Counted from the stretch's first letter, positions 12,955-28,203 are shown. The stretch: 64,000 nucleotides of DNA from Balanoglossus misakiensis (GCA_040954595.2 CM082583.2:1188925-1252924), one strand, 5' to 3'. Notes: generated by a model from the letters alone, not told the origin. Made by a program: numbers and translations.

Positions 12955-13545
12955 TGCCTCCTCCTCTTCCTCCTCCTCCTCCTCCTCCTCCTCCTCCTCC
13001 TCCTCTTCCTCCTCCTCCTCCTCCTCCTCCTCCTCCTATTCCTCCTCCTCCTCCTCCTCTTCCTCCTCAGCTCCTCCTCCTCCTCCTCCTCAGCTCCTCC
13101 TCTTCCTCCTCCTCCTCCTCCTCCTCCTCCTCCTCCTCGGCTCCTCCTCCTCCTCCTCCTCAGATCCTCCTCCTCCTCCTCCTCCTGATCCTCCTCCTCC
13201 TCCTCCTCCTCCTCCTCCTGATCCTCCTCCTCCTCCTCCTCCTCCTCCTCCTCTTCCTCCTCCTCCTCCTCCTCCTCTTCATCCTCCTCTTCCTCCTCTT
13301 CCTCCTCAGCTCCTCCTCCTCCTCCTCCTCCTCCTCCTCCTCCTGATCCTCCTCCTCCTCCTCCTCCTCCTCAGCTCCTCCTCCTCTTCCTCCTCCTCCT
13401 CCTCCTCCTCCTGATCCTCCTCCTCCCCAAATCCGAGTGCTACGGCTCCTCCTCCTCCTCCTCCTCAGCTCCTCCTCCTCTTCCTCCTCCTCCTCCTCCT
13501 CCTCCTCCTGATCCTCCTCCTCCCCAAATCCGAGTGCTACGGCTC
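12955..13545. repeat. (CCT)n low-complexity tract, ~590 bp
   Basis: Directly visible. It ends in a duplicated CCCCAAATCCGAGTGCTACGGCTCC motif. Confidence 0.95.
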
Positions 13546-13555
13546 CAACCTATAC

Positions 13556-16500
13556 TACTCCGCTCTAAAGTGCCGGGGCTTCAGCTAAACCATGCCGTAG
13601 GAAATCCGACGTAATCACCGTTGATAACTTACGCCAGTCTGTGTCATATAGAGCCGGTGCACCAGCCGAGTCACGCCGTAGGAAATCTGACTTGATCAAC
13701 GTGGTCAATGTACGCCTGTTTCTGCTCTAGAGTGCCGGGGCTTCAGCTGAGCCAGGCCGTGGGAAACCCGACGTGATTACCGTTGTTAACTTACGCCAGT
13801 TTGTGTCCTATATATAGTGCCGGGGCATCAGCCGTGCCAGGCCGAAGGAAATGTGAGTAGATCAACGTGGTCTCTGTACGCGTGTTTCTGCTCTAGAGTG
13901 CCAGGGCTTTAGCCAAGCCATGCCGTAGGAAATCTGACTTGATCAACGTTGCTAACGAACGCTAATGTCTGTCATAGTGTGCCGGGGTTTTAGTCGAGCC
14001 AAGCCGTAGGAGATCAGACTTCATCAACGTGGTCTCTGTACGCGTGTTTCTGCTCTAGAGTGCCGGGGCTTTATCCAACCCATGCCGTAGAAAATCTGAC
14101 TTGATCACCGTTGCTAACGTACGCTAGTGTCTGTCATATTGTGACGGAGATTTAGCCGAGCCAGGCCGTAGAAAAATCGACTTGTTCAACGTTACCAGTG
14201 TGCAACTGTTTCTGCTCTAGAGTGTCAGGGTTTTAGCCGACTTATGCTGTAGGAAATCTGAGTTGATGAACGGGAATTCAATGTTAGAAAACCCGTGTGG
14301 AAAGTATCTCTACCCGTTTGAAACTAAGAAAAGAATTTATTCTTATTTATTTTGTAAAAAAGACAATTTTTCGAAAAAAAGTCGAAAAATTGCAATTTTG
14401 TCTTGGGTGATTCAAATTATACCGCCTTTTCTGGAATTTGCAGCACTTTTTACAAGAGAACGACACTTCATGCTCCATAATATTTCCGAAAATGAAGAAA
14501 AGAGTTAATTTTTTATGATTTTTCAAAAATTTACCATTTTTGTCAAAATATGGCCAAAATGGCTATTTTTCTTGAATTCCGTCAATATCTCTGCATTTTT
14601 GGAGTGGTCGAGAGTTTTAACATACAATCAACATGTCATATATGATCAGGGCACCAAATTCGAAGAATAAAGGTTTTTTTATTTTTTTTTGTAAAAATGA
14701 CATTTTCAAGGAAAATTTGGTAAAACGCAATTTTGTCTGCAGTGAGCCAAATTAGACGGTCTTTTGTGGAATTTGTATCGATATATACATACGAAGAGCA
14801 TTCTATACTCCATCAGATTTCCGAAAATGTAGAAAACAGGTATTATTTGTAATTTTCAAAAATTTACCATTTTGACCAAATTGTGGCTAAAATTGTTATT
14901 TTCGTGATGAATGCCGCCAGTGTCACTGCTTTTAAAAGCCATAAAAACTTTTAACACACAAGCAATTGTTTATATATGATCAGGTCACCGAATTAAAAAT
15001 ATAAAGAATGTTTTGCCTAAAAATGACCTTTTTGGTGCAAAAACGAATAAAACGCAATCTTGTATTAAATCAGTTCATTCAGAGTGCATTTTTTATAATC
15101 AGCACCATTTTTACATATATTGAAAATTTCATACATCATCAGATATCCAAATATGAAAAAATGATTTAGATTTTAGATGATTGTCCAAAATTAGCTGATA
15201 TCTAATAAATGTAGTATTGAACCGTTCTGTCCCCCCCCCCCTACATTATATGCGGTACGCCGATGTCAGCTTACCCGGCAGTACTGCAGGCCGTGCCCCC
15301 AAATAACGTCGGTGTTTGAAACGCCCTGGTTAAATTCGGGCTTTCTCTATAAATTGACAGGCAATAATGCAGTCCTACCGGAACAAATGTCGAGTGTTGA
15401 CCCGCTGTGACTTTCCCTGTTCGGTTTGCCCGACTTAGCCAACGTCTTTGTACTAGAGTGTCGGGTCTTTTGCAGAGCCAGGCCGAAGGAAATCCGACTT
15501 GATCACCGTTGCTAACGAACGCTAGTGTCTGTCATGGTGTGCCGGGGTTTTAGTCGAGCCAGGCCGTAGGAGATCTGACTTGATCATCGTGGTCAATGTC
15601 CGCGTGTTTCCGCTCTAAAGTGCCGGGGCTTCAGCTAAACCAGGCCGTAGGAAATCCGACGTAATCACCGTTGATAACTTACGCCAGTCTGTGTCATATA
15701 GAGCCGGTGCACCAGCCGAGTCACGCCGTAGGAAATCTGACTTGATCAACGTGGTCAATGTACGCCTGTTTCTGCTCTAGAGTGCCGGGGCTTCAGCTGA
15801 GCCAGGCCGTAGGAAACCCGACGTGATTACCGTTGTTAACTTACGCCAGTTTGTGTCCTATATATAGTGCCGGGGCATCAGCCGTGCCAGGCCGAAGGAA
15901 ATGTGAGTAGATCAACGTGGTCTCTGTACGCGTGTTTCTGCTCTAGAGTGCCAGGGCTTTAGCCAAGCCATGCCGTAGGAAATCTGACTTGATCAACGTT
16001 GCTAACGAACGCTAGTGTCTGTCATAGTGTGCCGGGGTTTTAGTCGAGCCAAGCCGTAGGAGATCAGACTTGATCAACGTGGTCTCTGTACGCGTGTTTC
16101 TGCTCTAGAGTGCCGGGGCTTTATCCAAGCCATGCCGTAGAAAATCTGACTTGATCACCGTTGCTAACGTACGCTAGTGTCTGTCATATTGTGACGGAGA
16201 TTTAGCCGAGCCAGGTCGTAGAAAAATCGACTTGTTCAACGTTACCAGTGTGCAACTGTTTCTGCTCTAGAGTGTCAGGGTTTTAGCCGACTTATGCTGT
16301 AGGAAATCTGAGTTGATGAACGGGAATTCAATGTTAGAAAACCCGTGTGGAAAGTATCTCTACCCGTTTGAAACTAAGAAAAGAATTTATTCTTATTTAT
16401 TTTGTAAAAAAAGACAATTTTTCGAAAAAAAGTTGAAAATGGTAATTTTGTCTTGGGTGATTCAAATTATACCGCCTTTTCTGGAATTTGCAGCACTTTT

Positions 16501-19500
16501 TGCAAGAGAACGACACTTCATGCTCCATAATATTTCCGAAAATGAAGAAAAGAGTTAATTTTTTATGATTTTTCACAAATTTACCATTTTTGTCAAAATA
16601 TGGCCAAAATGGCTATTTTTCTTGAATTCCCCCAATATCTCTGCATTTTTGGAGTGGTCGAGAGTTTTAACATACAATCAACATGTCATATATGATCATG
16701 GCCCCAAATTCGAAGAACAAAGGTTTTTTTATTTTTTTTTCTAAAAAAGACATTTTCAAGGAAAATTTGGTAAAACGCAATTTTGTCTGCAGTGAGCCAA
16801 ATTAGACGGTCTTTTGTGGAATTTGTATCGATATATACATACGAAGAGCATTCTATACTCCATCAGATTTCCGAAAATGTAGAAAACAGGTATTTTTTGT
16901 AATTTTCAAAAATTTACCATTTTGACCAAATTGTGGCTAAAATTGTTATTTTCGTGATGAATGCCGCCAGTGTCACTGCTTTTAAAAGTTATAAAAACTT
17001 TTAACATACAAGCAATTGTTTATATATGATCAGGTCACCGAATTAAAAATATAAAGAATGTTTTGCCTAAAAATGACCTTTTTGGTGCAAAAACGAATAA
17101 AACGCAATCTTGTATTAAATCAGTTCATTCAGAGTGCATGTTTTATATTAAGCACCATTTTTACATATAATGGAAATTTCATACATCATCAGATATCCAA
17201 ATATGAAAAAATGATTTAGATTTTAGATGATTGTCCAAAATTAGCTGATATCTAATAAATGTAGTATTGAACCGTTCTGTCCCCCCCCCCCCTTACATTA
17301 TATGCGGTACGCCGATGTCAGCTTACCCGGCAGTACTGCAGGCCGTGCCCCCAACTAACGTCGGTGTTTGGAACGCCCTGGTTAAATTCGGGCTTTCTCT
17401 ATAAATTGACAGGCAATAATGCAGTCCTACCCGACCAAATGTCGAGTGTTGACCCGCTGTGACTTTCCCTCTTCGGTTTGCCCGACTTAGCCAACGTCTT
17501 TGTACTAGAGTGTCGGGTCTTTTGCAGAGCCAGGCCGAAGGAAATCCGACTTGATCACCGTTGCTAACGAACGCTAGTGTCTGTCATGGTGTGCCGGGGT
17601 TTTAGTCGAGCCAGGCTGTAGGAGATCTGACTTGATCATCGTGGTCAATGTACGCGTGTTTCCGCTCTAAAGTGCCGGGGCTTCAGCTAAACCAGGCCGT
17701 AGGAAATCCGACGTAATCACCGTTGATAACTTACGCCAGTCTGTGTCATATAGAGCCGGTGCACCAGCCGAGTCACGCCGAAGGAAATCTGACTTGATCA
17801 ACGTGGTCAATGTACGCGTGTTTCCGCTCTAAAGTGCCGGGGCTTCAGCTAAACCAGGCCGTAGGAAATCTGACGTAATCACCGTTGTTAACTTACGCCA
17901 GTCTGTGTCCTATATATAGTGCCGGGGCATCAGCCGTGCCAGGCCGATGGAAATGTGAGTAGATCAACGTGGTCTCTGTACGCGTGTTTCTGCTCTAGAG
18001 TGTCAGGGCTTTAGCAAAGCCATGCCGTAGGAAATCTGACTTGATCAACGTTGCTAACGAACGCTAGTGTCTGTCATAGTGTGCCGGGGTTTTAGTCGAG
18101 CCAAGCCGTAGGAGATCAGACTTGATCAACGTGGTCTCTGTACGCGTGTTTCTGCTCTAGAGTGCCGGGGCTTTATCCAACCCATGCCGTTGAAAATCTG
18201 ACTTGATCACCGTTGCTAACGTACGCTAGTGTCTGTCATATTGTGACGAGATTTAGCCGAGCCAGGCCGTAGAAAAATCGACTTGTTCAACGTTATCAGT
18301 GTGCAACTGTTTCTGCTCTAGAGTGTCAGGGTTTTAGCCGACTTATGCTGTAGGAAATCTGAGTTGATGAACGGGAATTCAATGTTAGAAAACCCGTGTG
18401 GAAAGTATCTCTACCCGTTTGAAACTAAGAAAAGAATTTATTCTTATTTATTTTGTAAAAAAGACAATTTTTCGAAAACAAGTCGAAAATGGTAATTTTG
18501 TCTTGGGTGATTCAAATTATACCACATTTTCTGGAATTTGCAGCACTTTTTACAAGAGAACGACACTTCATGCTCCATAATATTTCCGAAAATGAAGAAA
18601 AGAGTTTTATTTTTTATGATTTTTTAAAAATGTACCATTTTGTCAAAATATGGCCAAAATGGCTATTTTTTCTTGAATTCCGTCAATATCTCTGCATTTT
18701 TGGAGTGGTCGAAAGTTTTAACATACAATCAACATGTCATATATGATCAGGGCACCAAATTCGAAGAACGAAGGTTTTTTTATTTTATTTTTCTAAAAAT
18801 GACATTTTCAAGGAAAATTTGGTAAAACGCAATTTTGTCTGCAGTGAGCCAAATTAGACGGTCTTTTGTGGAATTGGTATCGATATATATATACGAAGAG
18901 CATTCTATACTCCATCAGATTTCCGAAAATGTAGAAAACAGGTATTTTTTGTAATTTTCAAAAATTTACCATTTTGACCAAATTGTGGTTAAAATTGTTA
19001 TTTTCGTGTTGAATGCCGCCAGTGTCACTGCTTTTAAAAGTCATAAAAACTTTTAACATGCAAGCAATTGCTTATATATGATCAGGTCACCGAATTAAAA
19101 AAATAAAGAATGTTTTGCCTAAAAATGACCTTTTTGGTGCAAAAACGAATAAAACGCAATTTTGTATTAAATCAGCTCATTCAGAGTGCATTTTTTATAA
19201 TCAGCACCATTTTTACATATAATGGAAATTTCATACATCATCAGATATCCAAATATGAAAAAATGATTTAGATTTTAGATGATTGTCCAAAATTAGCTGA
19301 TATCTAATAAATGTAGTATTGAACCGTTCTGTCCCCCCCCCCCCTACATTATATGCGGTACGCCGATGTCAGCTTACCCGGCAGTACTGCAGGCCGTGCC
19401 CCCAAATAACGTCGGTGTTTGAAACGCCCTGGTTAAATTCGGGCTTTCTCTATAAATTGACAGGCAATAATGCAGTCCTACCCGAACAAATGTCGAGTGT

Positions 19501-22500
19501 TGACCCGCTGTGACTTTCCTTCTTCGGTTTGCTCGACTTAGCCAACGTCTTTGTACTAATGTGTCGGGTCTTTTGCAGAGCCAGGCCGAAGGAAATCCGA
19601 CTTGATCACCGTTGCTAACGAACGCTAGTGTCTGTCATGGTGTGCCGGGGTTTTAGTCGAGCCAGGCCGTAGGAGATCTGACTTGATCATCGTGGTCAAT
19701 GTACGCGTGTTTCCGCTCTAAAGTGCCGGGGCTTCAGCTAAACCATGCCGTAGGAAATCCGGCGTAATCACCGTTGATAACTCACGCCAGTCTGTGTCAT
19801 ATAGAGCCGGTGCACCAGCCGAGTCACGCCGTAGGAAATCTGACTTGATCAACGTGGTCAATGTACGCCTGTTTGTGCTCTAAAGTGCCGGGGCTTTAGC
19901 TAAACCATGCCGTAGGAAATCCGACGTAATCACCGTTGATAACTTACGCCAGTCTGTGTCATATAGAGCCGGTGCACCAGCCGAGTCACGCCGTAGGAAA
20001 TCTGACTTGATCAACGTGGTCAATGTACGCCTGTTTCTGCTCTAGAGTGCCGGGGCTTCAGCTGAGCCAGGCCGTAGGAAACCCGACGTGATTACCGTTG
20101 TTAACTTACGCCAGTCTGTGTCCTATATATAGTGCCGGGGCATCAGCCGTGCCAGGCCGAAGGAAATGTGAGTAGATCAACGTGGTCTCTGTACGCGTGT
20201 TTCTGCTCTAGAGTGTCAGGGCTTTAGCAAAGCCATGCCGTAGGAAATCTGACTTGATCAACGTTGCTAACGAACGCTAGTGTCTGTCATAGTGTGCCGG
20301 GATTTTAGTCGAGCCAAGCCGTAGGAGATCAGACTTGATCAACGTGGTCTCTGTACGCGTGTTTCTGCTCTAGAGTGCCGGGGCTTTATCCAACCCATGC
20401 CGTTGAAAATCTGACTTGATCACCGTTGCTAACGTACGCTAGTGTCTGTCATATTGTGACGAGATTTAGCCGAGCCAGGCCGTAGAAAAATCGACTTGTT
20501 CAACGTTATCAGTGTGCAACTGTTTCTGCTCTAGAGTGTCAGGGTTTTAGCCGACTTATGCTGTAGGAAATCTGAGTTGATGAACGGGAATTCAATGTTA
20601 GAAAACCCGTGTGGAAAGTATCTCTACCCGTTTGAAACTAAGAAAAGAATTTATTCTTATTTATTTTTTAAAAAAGACAATTTTTCGAAAACAAGTCGAA
20701 AATGGTAATTTTGTCTTGGGTGATTCAAATTATACCACATTTTCTGGAATTTGCAGCACTTTTTACAAGAGAACGACACTTCATGCTCCATAATATTTCC
20801 GAAAATGAAGAAAAGAGTTTATTTTTTATGATTTTTTAAAAATGTACCATTTTGTCAAAATATGACCAAAATGGCTATTTTTTCTTGAATTCCGTCAATA
20901 TCTCTGCATTTTTGGAGTGGTGGAAAGTTTTAACATACAATCAACATGTCATATATGATCAGGGCACCAAATTCGAAGAACGAAGGTTTTTTTATTTTAT
21001 TTTTCTAAAAATGACATTTTCAAGGAAAATTTGGTAAAACGCAATTTTGTCTGCAGTAAGCCAAATTAGACGGTCTTTTGTGGAATTTGTATCGATATAT
21101 ATATACGAAGAGCATTCTATACTCCATCAAATTTCCGAAAATGTAGAAAACAGGTATTTTTTGTAATTTTCAAAAATTTACCATTTTGACCAAATTGTGG
21201 TTAAAATTGTTATTTTCGTGTTGAATGCCGCCAGTGTCACTGCTTTTAAAAGTCATAAAAACTTTTAACATACAAGCCATTCTTTATATATGATCAGGTC
21301 ACCGAATTAAAAAAATAAAGAATGTTTTGCCTAAAAATGACCTTTTAGGTGCAAAAACGAATAAAACGTAATTTTGTATTAAATCAGTTCATTCAGAGTG
21401 CATTTTTTATAATCAGCACCATTTTTACATATAATGGAAATTTCATACATCATCAGATATCCAAATATGAAAAAATGATTTAGATTTTAGATGATTGTCC
21501 AAAATTAGCTGATATCTAATAAATGTAGTATTGAACCGTTCTGTTTCCCCCCCCCCCTATATTATATGCGGTACGCCGATGTCAGCTTACCCGGAAGTAC
21601 TGCAGGCCGTGCCCCCAACTAACGTCGGTGTTTGTAACGCCCTGGTTAAATTCGGGCTTTCTCTATAAATTGACAGGCAATAATGCAGTCCTACCGGAAC
21701 AAATGTCGAGTGTTGACCCGCTGTGACTTTCCCTCTTCGGTTTGTCCGACTTAGCCAACGTCTTTGTACTAGAGTGTCGGGTCTTTTGCAGAGCCAGGCC
21801 GAAGGAAATCCGACTTGATCACCGTTGCTAACGAACGCTAGTGTCTGTCATGGTGTGCCGGGGTTTTAGTCGAACCAGGCCGTAGGAGATCTGCCTTGAT
21901 CATCGTGGTCAATGTACGCGTGTTTCCGCTCTAAAGTGCCGGGGCTTCAGCTAAACCAGGCCGTAGGAAATCCGACGTAATCACCGTTGATAACTTACGC
22001 CAGTCTGTGTCATATAGAGCCGGTTCACCAGCCGAGTCACGCCGTAGGAAATCTGACTTGATCAACGTGGTCAATGTACGCCTGTTTCTGCTCTAGAGTG
22101 CCGGGGCTTCAGCTGAGCCAGGCCGTAGGAAACCCGACGTGATTACCGTTGTTAACTTACGCCAGTCTGTGTCCTATATATAGTGCCGGGGCATCAGCCG
22201 TGCCAGGCCGAAGGAAATGTTAGTCGATCAACGTGGTCTCTGTACGCGTGTTTCTGCTCTAGAGTGTCAGGGCTTTAGCAAAGCCATGCCGTAGGAAATC
22301 TGACTTGATCAACGTTGCTAACGAACGCTCAATATTTTTAAGCGTAATTTGAAAACATACCTTTTTACTCGGTTTTATGTGTAACGTGTTCGATTGTGTC
22401 CTTTGAACTATTTTTACCAGCCTTGTATTTTTTAATCTACTGTTTTAGCTGTGCACAATGCGCTGAGACGTATGTGTAGCGCATTTTAAACAATTCTTAA

Positions 22501-25500
22501 TAATAATAATAATAATAACGCTAGTGTCTGTCATAGTGTGCCGGGGTTTTAGTCGAGCCAAGCCGTAGGAGATCAGACTTCATCAACGTGGTCTCTGTAC
22601 GCGTGTTTCTGCTCTAGAGTGCCGGGGCTTTATCCAACCCATGCCGTTGAAAATCTGACTTGATCACCGTTGCTAACGTACGCTAGTGTCTGACATATTG
22701 TGACGAGATTTAGCCGAGCCAGGCCGTAGAAAAATCGACTTGTTCAACGTTATCAGTGTGCAACTGTTTCTGCTCTAGAGTGTCAGGGTTTTAGCCGACT
22801 TATGCTGTAGGAAATCTGAGTTGATGAACGGGAATTCAATGTTAGAAAACCCGTGTGGAAAGTATCTCTACCCGTTTGAAACTAAGAAAAGAATTTATTC
22901 TTATTTATTTTTTAAAAAAGACAATTTTTCGAAAACAAGTCGAAAATGGTAATTTTGTCTTGGGTGATTCAAATTATACCACATTTTCTGGAATTTGCAG
23001 CACTTTTTACAAGAGAACGACACTTCATGCTCCATAATATTTCCGAAAATGAAGAAAAGAGTTTTATTTTTTATGATTTTTTAAAAATGTACCATTTTGT
23101 CAAAATATCGCCAAAATGGCTATTTTTTCTTGAATTCCGTCAATATCTCTGCATTTTTGGAGTGGTGGAAAGTTTTAACATACAATCAACATGTCATATA
23201 TGATCAGGGCACCAAATTCGAAGAACGAAGGTTTTTTTATTTTATTTTTCTAAAAATGACATTTTCAGGGAAAATTTGGTTAAACGCAATTTTGTCTGCA
23301 GTAAGCCAAATTAGACGGTCTTTTGTGGAATTTGTATCGATATATATATACGAAGAGCATTCTATACTCCATCAGATTTCCGAAAATGTAGAAAACAGGT
23401 ATTTTTTGTAATTTTCAAAAATTTACCATTTTGACCAAATTGTGGTTAAAATTGTTATTTTCGTGTTGAATGCCGCCAGTGTCACTGCTTTTAAAAGTCA
23501 TAAAAACTTTTAACATGCAAGCAATTGCTTATATATGATCAGGCCACCGAATTAAAAAAATAAAGAATGTTTTGCCTAAAAATGACCTTTTTGGTGCAAA
23601 AACGAATAAAACGCAATTTTGTATTAAATCAGCTCATTCAGAGTGCATTTTTTATAATCAGCACCATTTTTACATATATTGGAAATTTCATACATCATCA
23701 GATATCCAAATATGAAAAAATGATTTAGATTTTAGATGATTGTCCAAAATTAGCTGATATCTAATAAATGTAGTATTGAACCGTTCTGTCCCCCCCCCCC
23801 CTACATTATATGCGGTACGCCGATGTCAGCTTACCCGGCAGTACTGCAGGCCGTGCCCCCAAATAACGTCGGTGTTTGAAACGCCCTGGTTAAATTCGGG
23901 CTTTCTCTATAAATTGACAGGCAATAATGCAGTCCTACCCGAACAAATGTCGAGTGTTGACCCGCTGTGACTTTCCCTCTTCGGTTTGCCCGACTTAGCC
24001 AACGTCTCTGTACTAATGTGTCGGGTCTTTTGCAGAGCCAGGCCGAAGGAAATCCGACTTGATCACCGTTGCTAACGAACGCTAGTGTCTGTCATGGTGT
24101 GCCGGGGTTTTAGTCGAGCCAGGCCGTAGGAGATCTGACTTGATCATCGTGGTCAATGTACTCGTGTTTCCGCTCTGAAGTGCCGGGGCTTCAGCTAAAC
24201 CATGCCGTAGGAAATCCGTCGTAATCACCGTTGATAACTTACGCCAGTCTGTGTCATATAGAGCCGGTGCACCAGCCGAGTCACGCCGTAGGAAATCTGA
24301 CTTGATCAACGTGGTCAATGTACGCCTGTTTCTGCTCTAGAGTGCCGGGGCTTCAGCTGAGCCAGGCCGTAGGAAACCCGACGTGATTACCGTTGTTAAC
24401 TTACGCCAGTCTGTGTCCTATATATAGTGCCGGGGCATCAGCCGTGCCAGGCCGAAGGAAATGTGAGTAGATCAACGTGGTCTCTGTACGCGTGTTTCTG
24501 CTCTAGAGTGCCGGGGCTTTATCCAAGCCATGCCGTAGAAAATCTGACTTGATCACCGTTGCTAACGTACGATAGTGTCTGTCATATTGTGACGGAGATT
24601 TAGCCGAGCCAGGCCGTAGAAAAATCGACTTGTTCAACGTTACCAGTGTGCAACTGTTTCTGCTCTAAAGTCTCAGGGTTTTAGCCGACTTATGCTGTAG
24701 GAAATCTGAGTTGATGAACGGGAATTCAATGTTAGAAAACCCGTGTGGAAAGTATCTCTACCCGTTTGAAACTAAGAAAAGAATTTATTCTTATTTTTTT
24801 TCTAAAAATGACATTTTCAAGGAAAATTTGGTAAAACGCAATTTTGTCTGCAGTGAGCCAAATTGGCCGTTTTTTTGTGGAATTTGTATCGATATATATA
24901 TAGAAAGAGCATTCTATACTCCATCAGATTTCCGAAAATGTAGAAAACAGGTATTTTTTGTAATTTTCAAAAATTTACCATTTTGACCGAATTGTGGCTA
25001 AAATTGTTATTTTCGTGTTGAATGCCGCCAGTGTCACTGCTTTTAAAAGTCATTAAAACTTTTAACATACAAGCAATTGTTTATATATGATCAGGTCACC
25101 GAATTTAAAGAATAAAGAATGTTTTCCCTAAAAATGACCTTTTTGGTGCAAAAACGAATAAAACGCAATTTTGTATTAAATCAGCTCATTCAGAGTGCAT
25201 TTTTTATAATCAGCACCATTTTTACATATAATGGAAATTTCATACATCATCAGATATCCAAATATGAAAAAATGATTTAGATTTTAGATGATTGTCCAAA
25301 AGTAGCTGATATCTAATAAATATAGTATTGAACCGTTCTGTTCCCCCCCCCCCCTACATTACATGCGGTACGCCGATGTCAGCTTACCCGTCAGTACTGC
25401 AGGCCGTGCCCACAACTAACGTCGGTGTTTGAAACGCCCTGGTTAAATTCGGGCTTTCTCTATAAATTGACAGGCAATAATGTAGTCCTACCGGAACAAA

Positions 25501-28203
25501 TGTCGAGTGTTGACCCGCTGTGACTTTCCCTCTTCGGTTTGCCCGACTTAGCCAACGTCTTTGTACTAGAGTGTCGGGTGTTTTGCAGAGCCAGGCCGAA
25601 GGAAATCCGACTTGATCACCGTTGCTAACGAACGCTAGTGTCTGTCATGGTGTGCCGGGGTTTTAGTCGAGCCAGGCCGTAGGAGATCTGACTGGATCAT
25701 CGTGGTCAATGTACGCGTGTTTCCGCTCTAAAGTGCCGGGGCTTCAGCTAAACCAGGCCGTAGGAAATCCGACGTAATCACCGTTGATAACTTACGCCAG
25801 TCTGTGTCATATAGAGCCGGTGCACCAGCCGAGTCCGCCGTAGGAATCTGATTTGATCAACGTGGTCAATGTACGCCTGTTTCTGCTCTAGAGTGCCGGG
25901 GCTTCAGCTGAGCCAGGCCGTAGGAAACCCGACGTGATTACCGTTGTTAACTTACGCCAGTCTGTGTCCTATATATAGTGCGGGGCATCAGCCGTGCCAG
26001 GCCTAAGGAAATGTGAGTAGATCAATGTGGTCTCTGTACGCGTGTTTCTGCTCTAGAATGCCAGGGCTTTAGCCAAGCCATGCCGTAGGAAATCTGAATT
26101 GATCAACGTTGCTAACGAACGCTAGTGTCTGTCATAGTGTGCCGGGGTTTTAGTCGAGCCAAGCCGTAGGAGATCTGACTTGATCATCGTGGTCAATGTA
26201 CGCGTGTTTCCGCTCTAAAGTGCCGGGGCTTGAGCTAAACCAGGCCGTAGGAAATCCGACGTAATCACCGTTGATAACTTACGCCAGTCTGTGTCATATA
26301 GAGCCGGTGCACCAGCGGAGTCACACCGTAGGAAATCTGACTTGATCAACGTGGTCAATGTACGCCTGTTTCTGCTCTAGAGTGCCGGGGCTTCAGCTGA
26401 GCCAGGCCGTAGGAAACCCGACGTGATTACCGTTGTTAACTTACACAAGTCTGTGTCCTATATATACTGCCGGGGCATCAGCCGTGCCAGGCCGAAGGAA
26501 ATGTGAGTAGATCAACGTGGTTTCTGTACGCGTGTTTCTGCTCTAGAGTGCCAGGGCTTTAGCCAAGCCATGCCGTAGGAAATCTGACTTGATCACCGTT
26601 GCTAACGAACGCTAGTGTCTGTCATAGTGTGCCGGGGCTTTAGTCGAACCAAGCCGTAGGAGATCAGACTTGATCAACGTGGTCTCTGTACGCGTGTTTC
26701 TGCTCTGGAGTGCCGGGGCTTTATCCAAGCCATGCCGTAGAAAATCTGACTTGATCACCGTTGCTAACCTACGCTAGTGTCTGTCATATTGTGACGGAGA
26801 TTTAGCCGAGCCAGGCCGTAGAAAAATCGACTTGTTCAACGTTACCAGTGTGCAACTGTTTCTGTTCTAGAGAGTCAGGGTTTTAGCCGACTTGTAGGAA
26901 ATCTGAGTTGATGAACGCGAATTCAATGTTAGAAATCCGTGTGGAAAGTATCTCTACCCGTTTGGAACTAAGAAAAGAATTTATTCTTATTTATTTTGTA
27001 AAAAAACAATATTTCGAAAAAAAGTCGAAAATGGTAATTTTGTCTTGGGTGATTCAAATTATACCGCCTTTTCTGGAATTTGCAGCACTTTTTACAAGAG
27101 AACGACACTTCATGCTCTATAATATTTCCGAAAATGAAGAAAAGAGTTAATTTTTTATGATTTTTTAAAAATTTACCATTTTTGTCAAAATATGGCCAAA
27201 ATGGCTATTTTTTCTTGAATTCCGTCAATATCTCAGCATTTTTGGAGTGGTCGAAAGTTTTAACATACAATCAACATGTCATATATGATCAGGCACTAAA
27301 TTCGAAGAACAAAGGTTTTTTATTTTTTTTTCTAAAAATGACATTTTCAAGGAAAATTTGGTAAAACGCAATTTTGTCTGCAGTGAGCCAAATTAGACGG
27401 TCTTTTGTGGAATTTGTATCGATATATACATACGAAGAGCATTCTATACTCCATCAGATTTCCGAAAATGTAGAAAACAGGTATTATTTGTAATTTTCAA
27501 AAATTTACCATTTTGACCAAATTGTGGCTAAAATTGTTATTTAAGTGTTGAATGCCGCCAGTGTCACTGCTTTTAAAAGTCATCAAAACTTTTAACATAC
27601 AAGCAATTGTTTATATATGATAAGGTCACCGAATTAAAAAAATAAAGAATGTTTTGCCTAAAAATGACCTTTTTGGTGCAAAAACGAATAAAACGCAATT
27701 TTGTATTAAATCAGCTCATTCAGAGTGCATTTTTTATAATCAGCACCATTTTTACATATAATGGAAATTTCATACATCATCAGATATCCAAATATGAAAA
27801 GATGATTTACATTTTAGATGATTGTCAAAAATTAGCTGATATCTGATAAATGTAGTATTGAACCGTTCTGTTCCCCCCCCCCCTACATTATATGCGGTAC
27901 GCTGATGTCAGCTTACCCGGCAGTACTGCAGGCCGTGCCCCCAACTAACGTCGGTGTTTGAAACGCCCTGGTTAAATTCGGGCTTTCTCTATAAATTGAC
28001 AGGCAATAATGCAGTCCTACCGGAACAAATGTCGAGTGTTGACCCGCTGTGACTTTCCCTGTTCGGTTTGCCCGACTTAGCCAACGTCTTTGTACTAGAG
28101 TGTCGGGTCTTTTGCAGAGCCAGGCCGAAGGAAATCCGACTTGATCACCGTTGCTAACGAACGCTAGTGTCTGTCATGGTGTGCCGGGGTTTTAGTCGAG
28201 CCA
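13556..28203. repeat. ~2.05-kb macrosatellite array, left part (~7 units)
   Basis: The AT block recurs at ~14262, 16312, 18362, 20577, 22819, 24710 and 26907. Each unit has ~11 GC-rich 81-bp monomers, an AT-rich block of three degenerate ~335-bp subrepeats, and a poly-C spacer. Confidence 0.95.
22330..22516 (+). mobile_element. 5'-truncated non-LTR retroelement 3' end (L2/CR1-like or SINE tail)
   Basis: Absent from the other satellite units. Flanked by the direct repeat AACGCT (22324-22329 and 22517-22522). Contains stem-loop ATGCGCT..AGCGCAT and an (AAT)n tail. Confidence 0.75.

Noticed and set aside
12802-13414. Poly-Pro/Ser/Leu ORFs
   Set aside because: Artefacts of the (CCT)n tract, which is open in all three frames.
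13556-14260. 81-bp monomers as a CRISPR-like array
   Set aside because: The whole monomer is homologous between copies, with no unique spacers and no cas genes, in a eukaryotic context.
15381-15409. RSS-like CACAGCG + 12 bp + ACATTTGTT on the minus strand of each satellite unit, near the RAG1-like gene
   Set aside because: The heptamer is 6/7 but the nonamer matches only ACA. No partner signal in inverted orientation was found, so it is compatible with chance.
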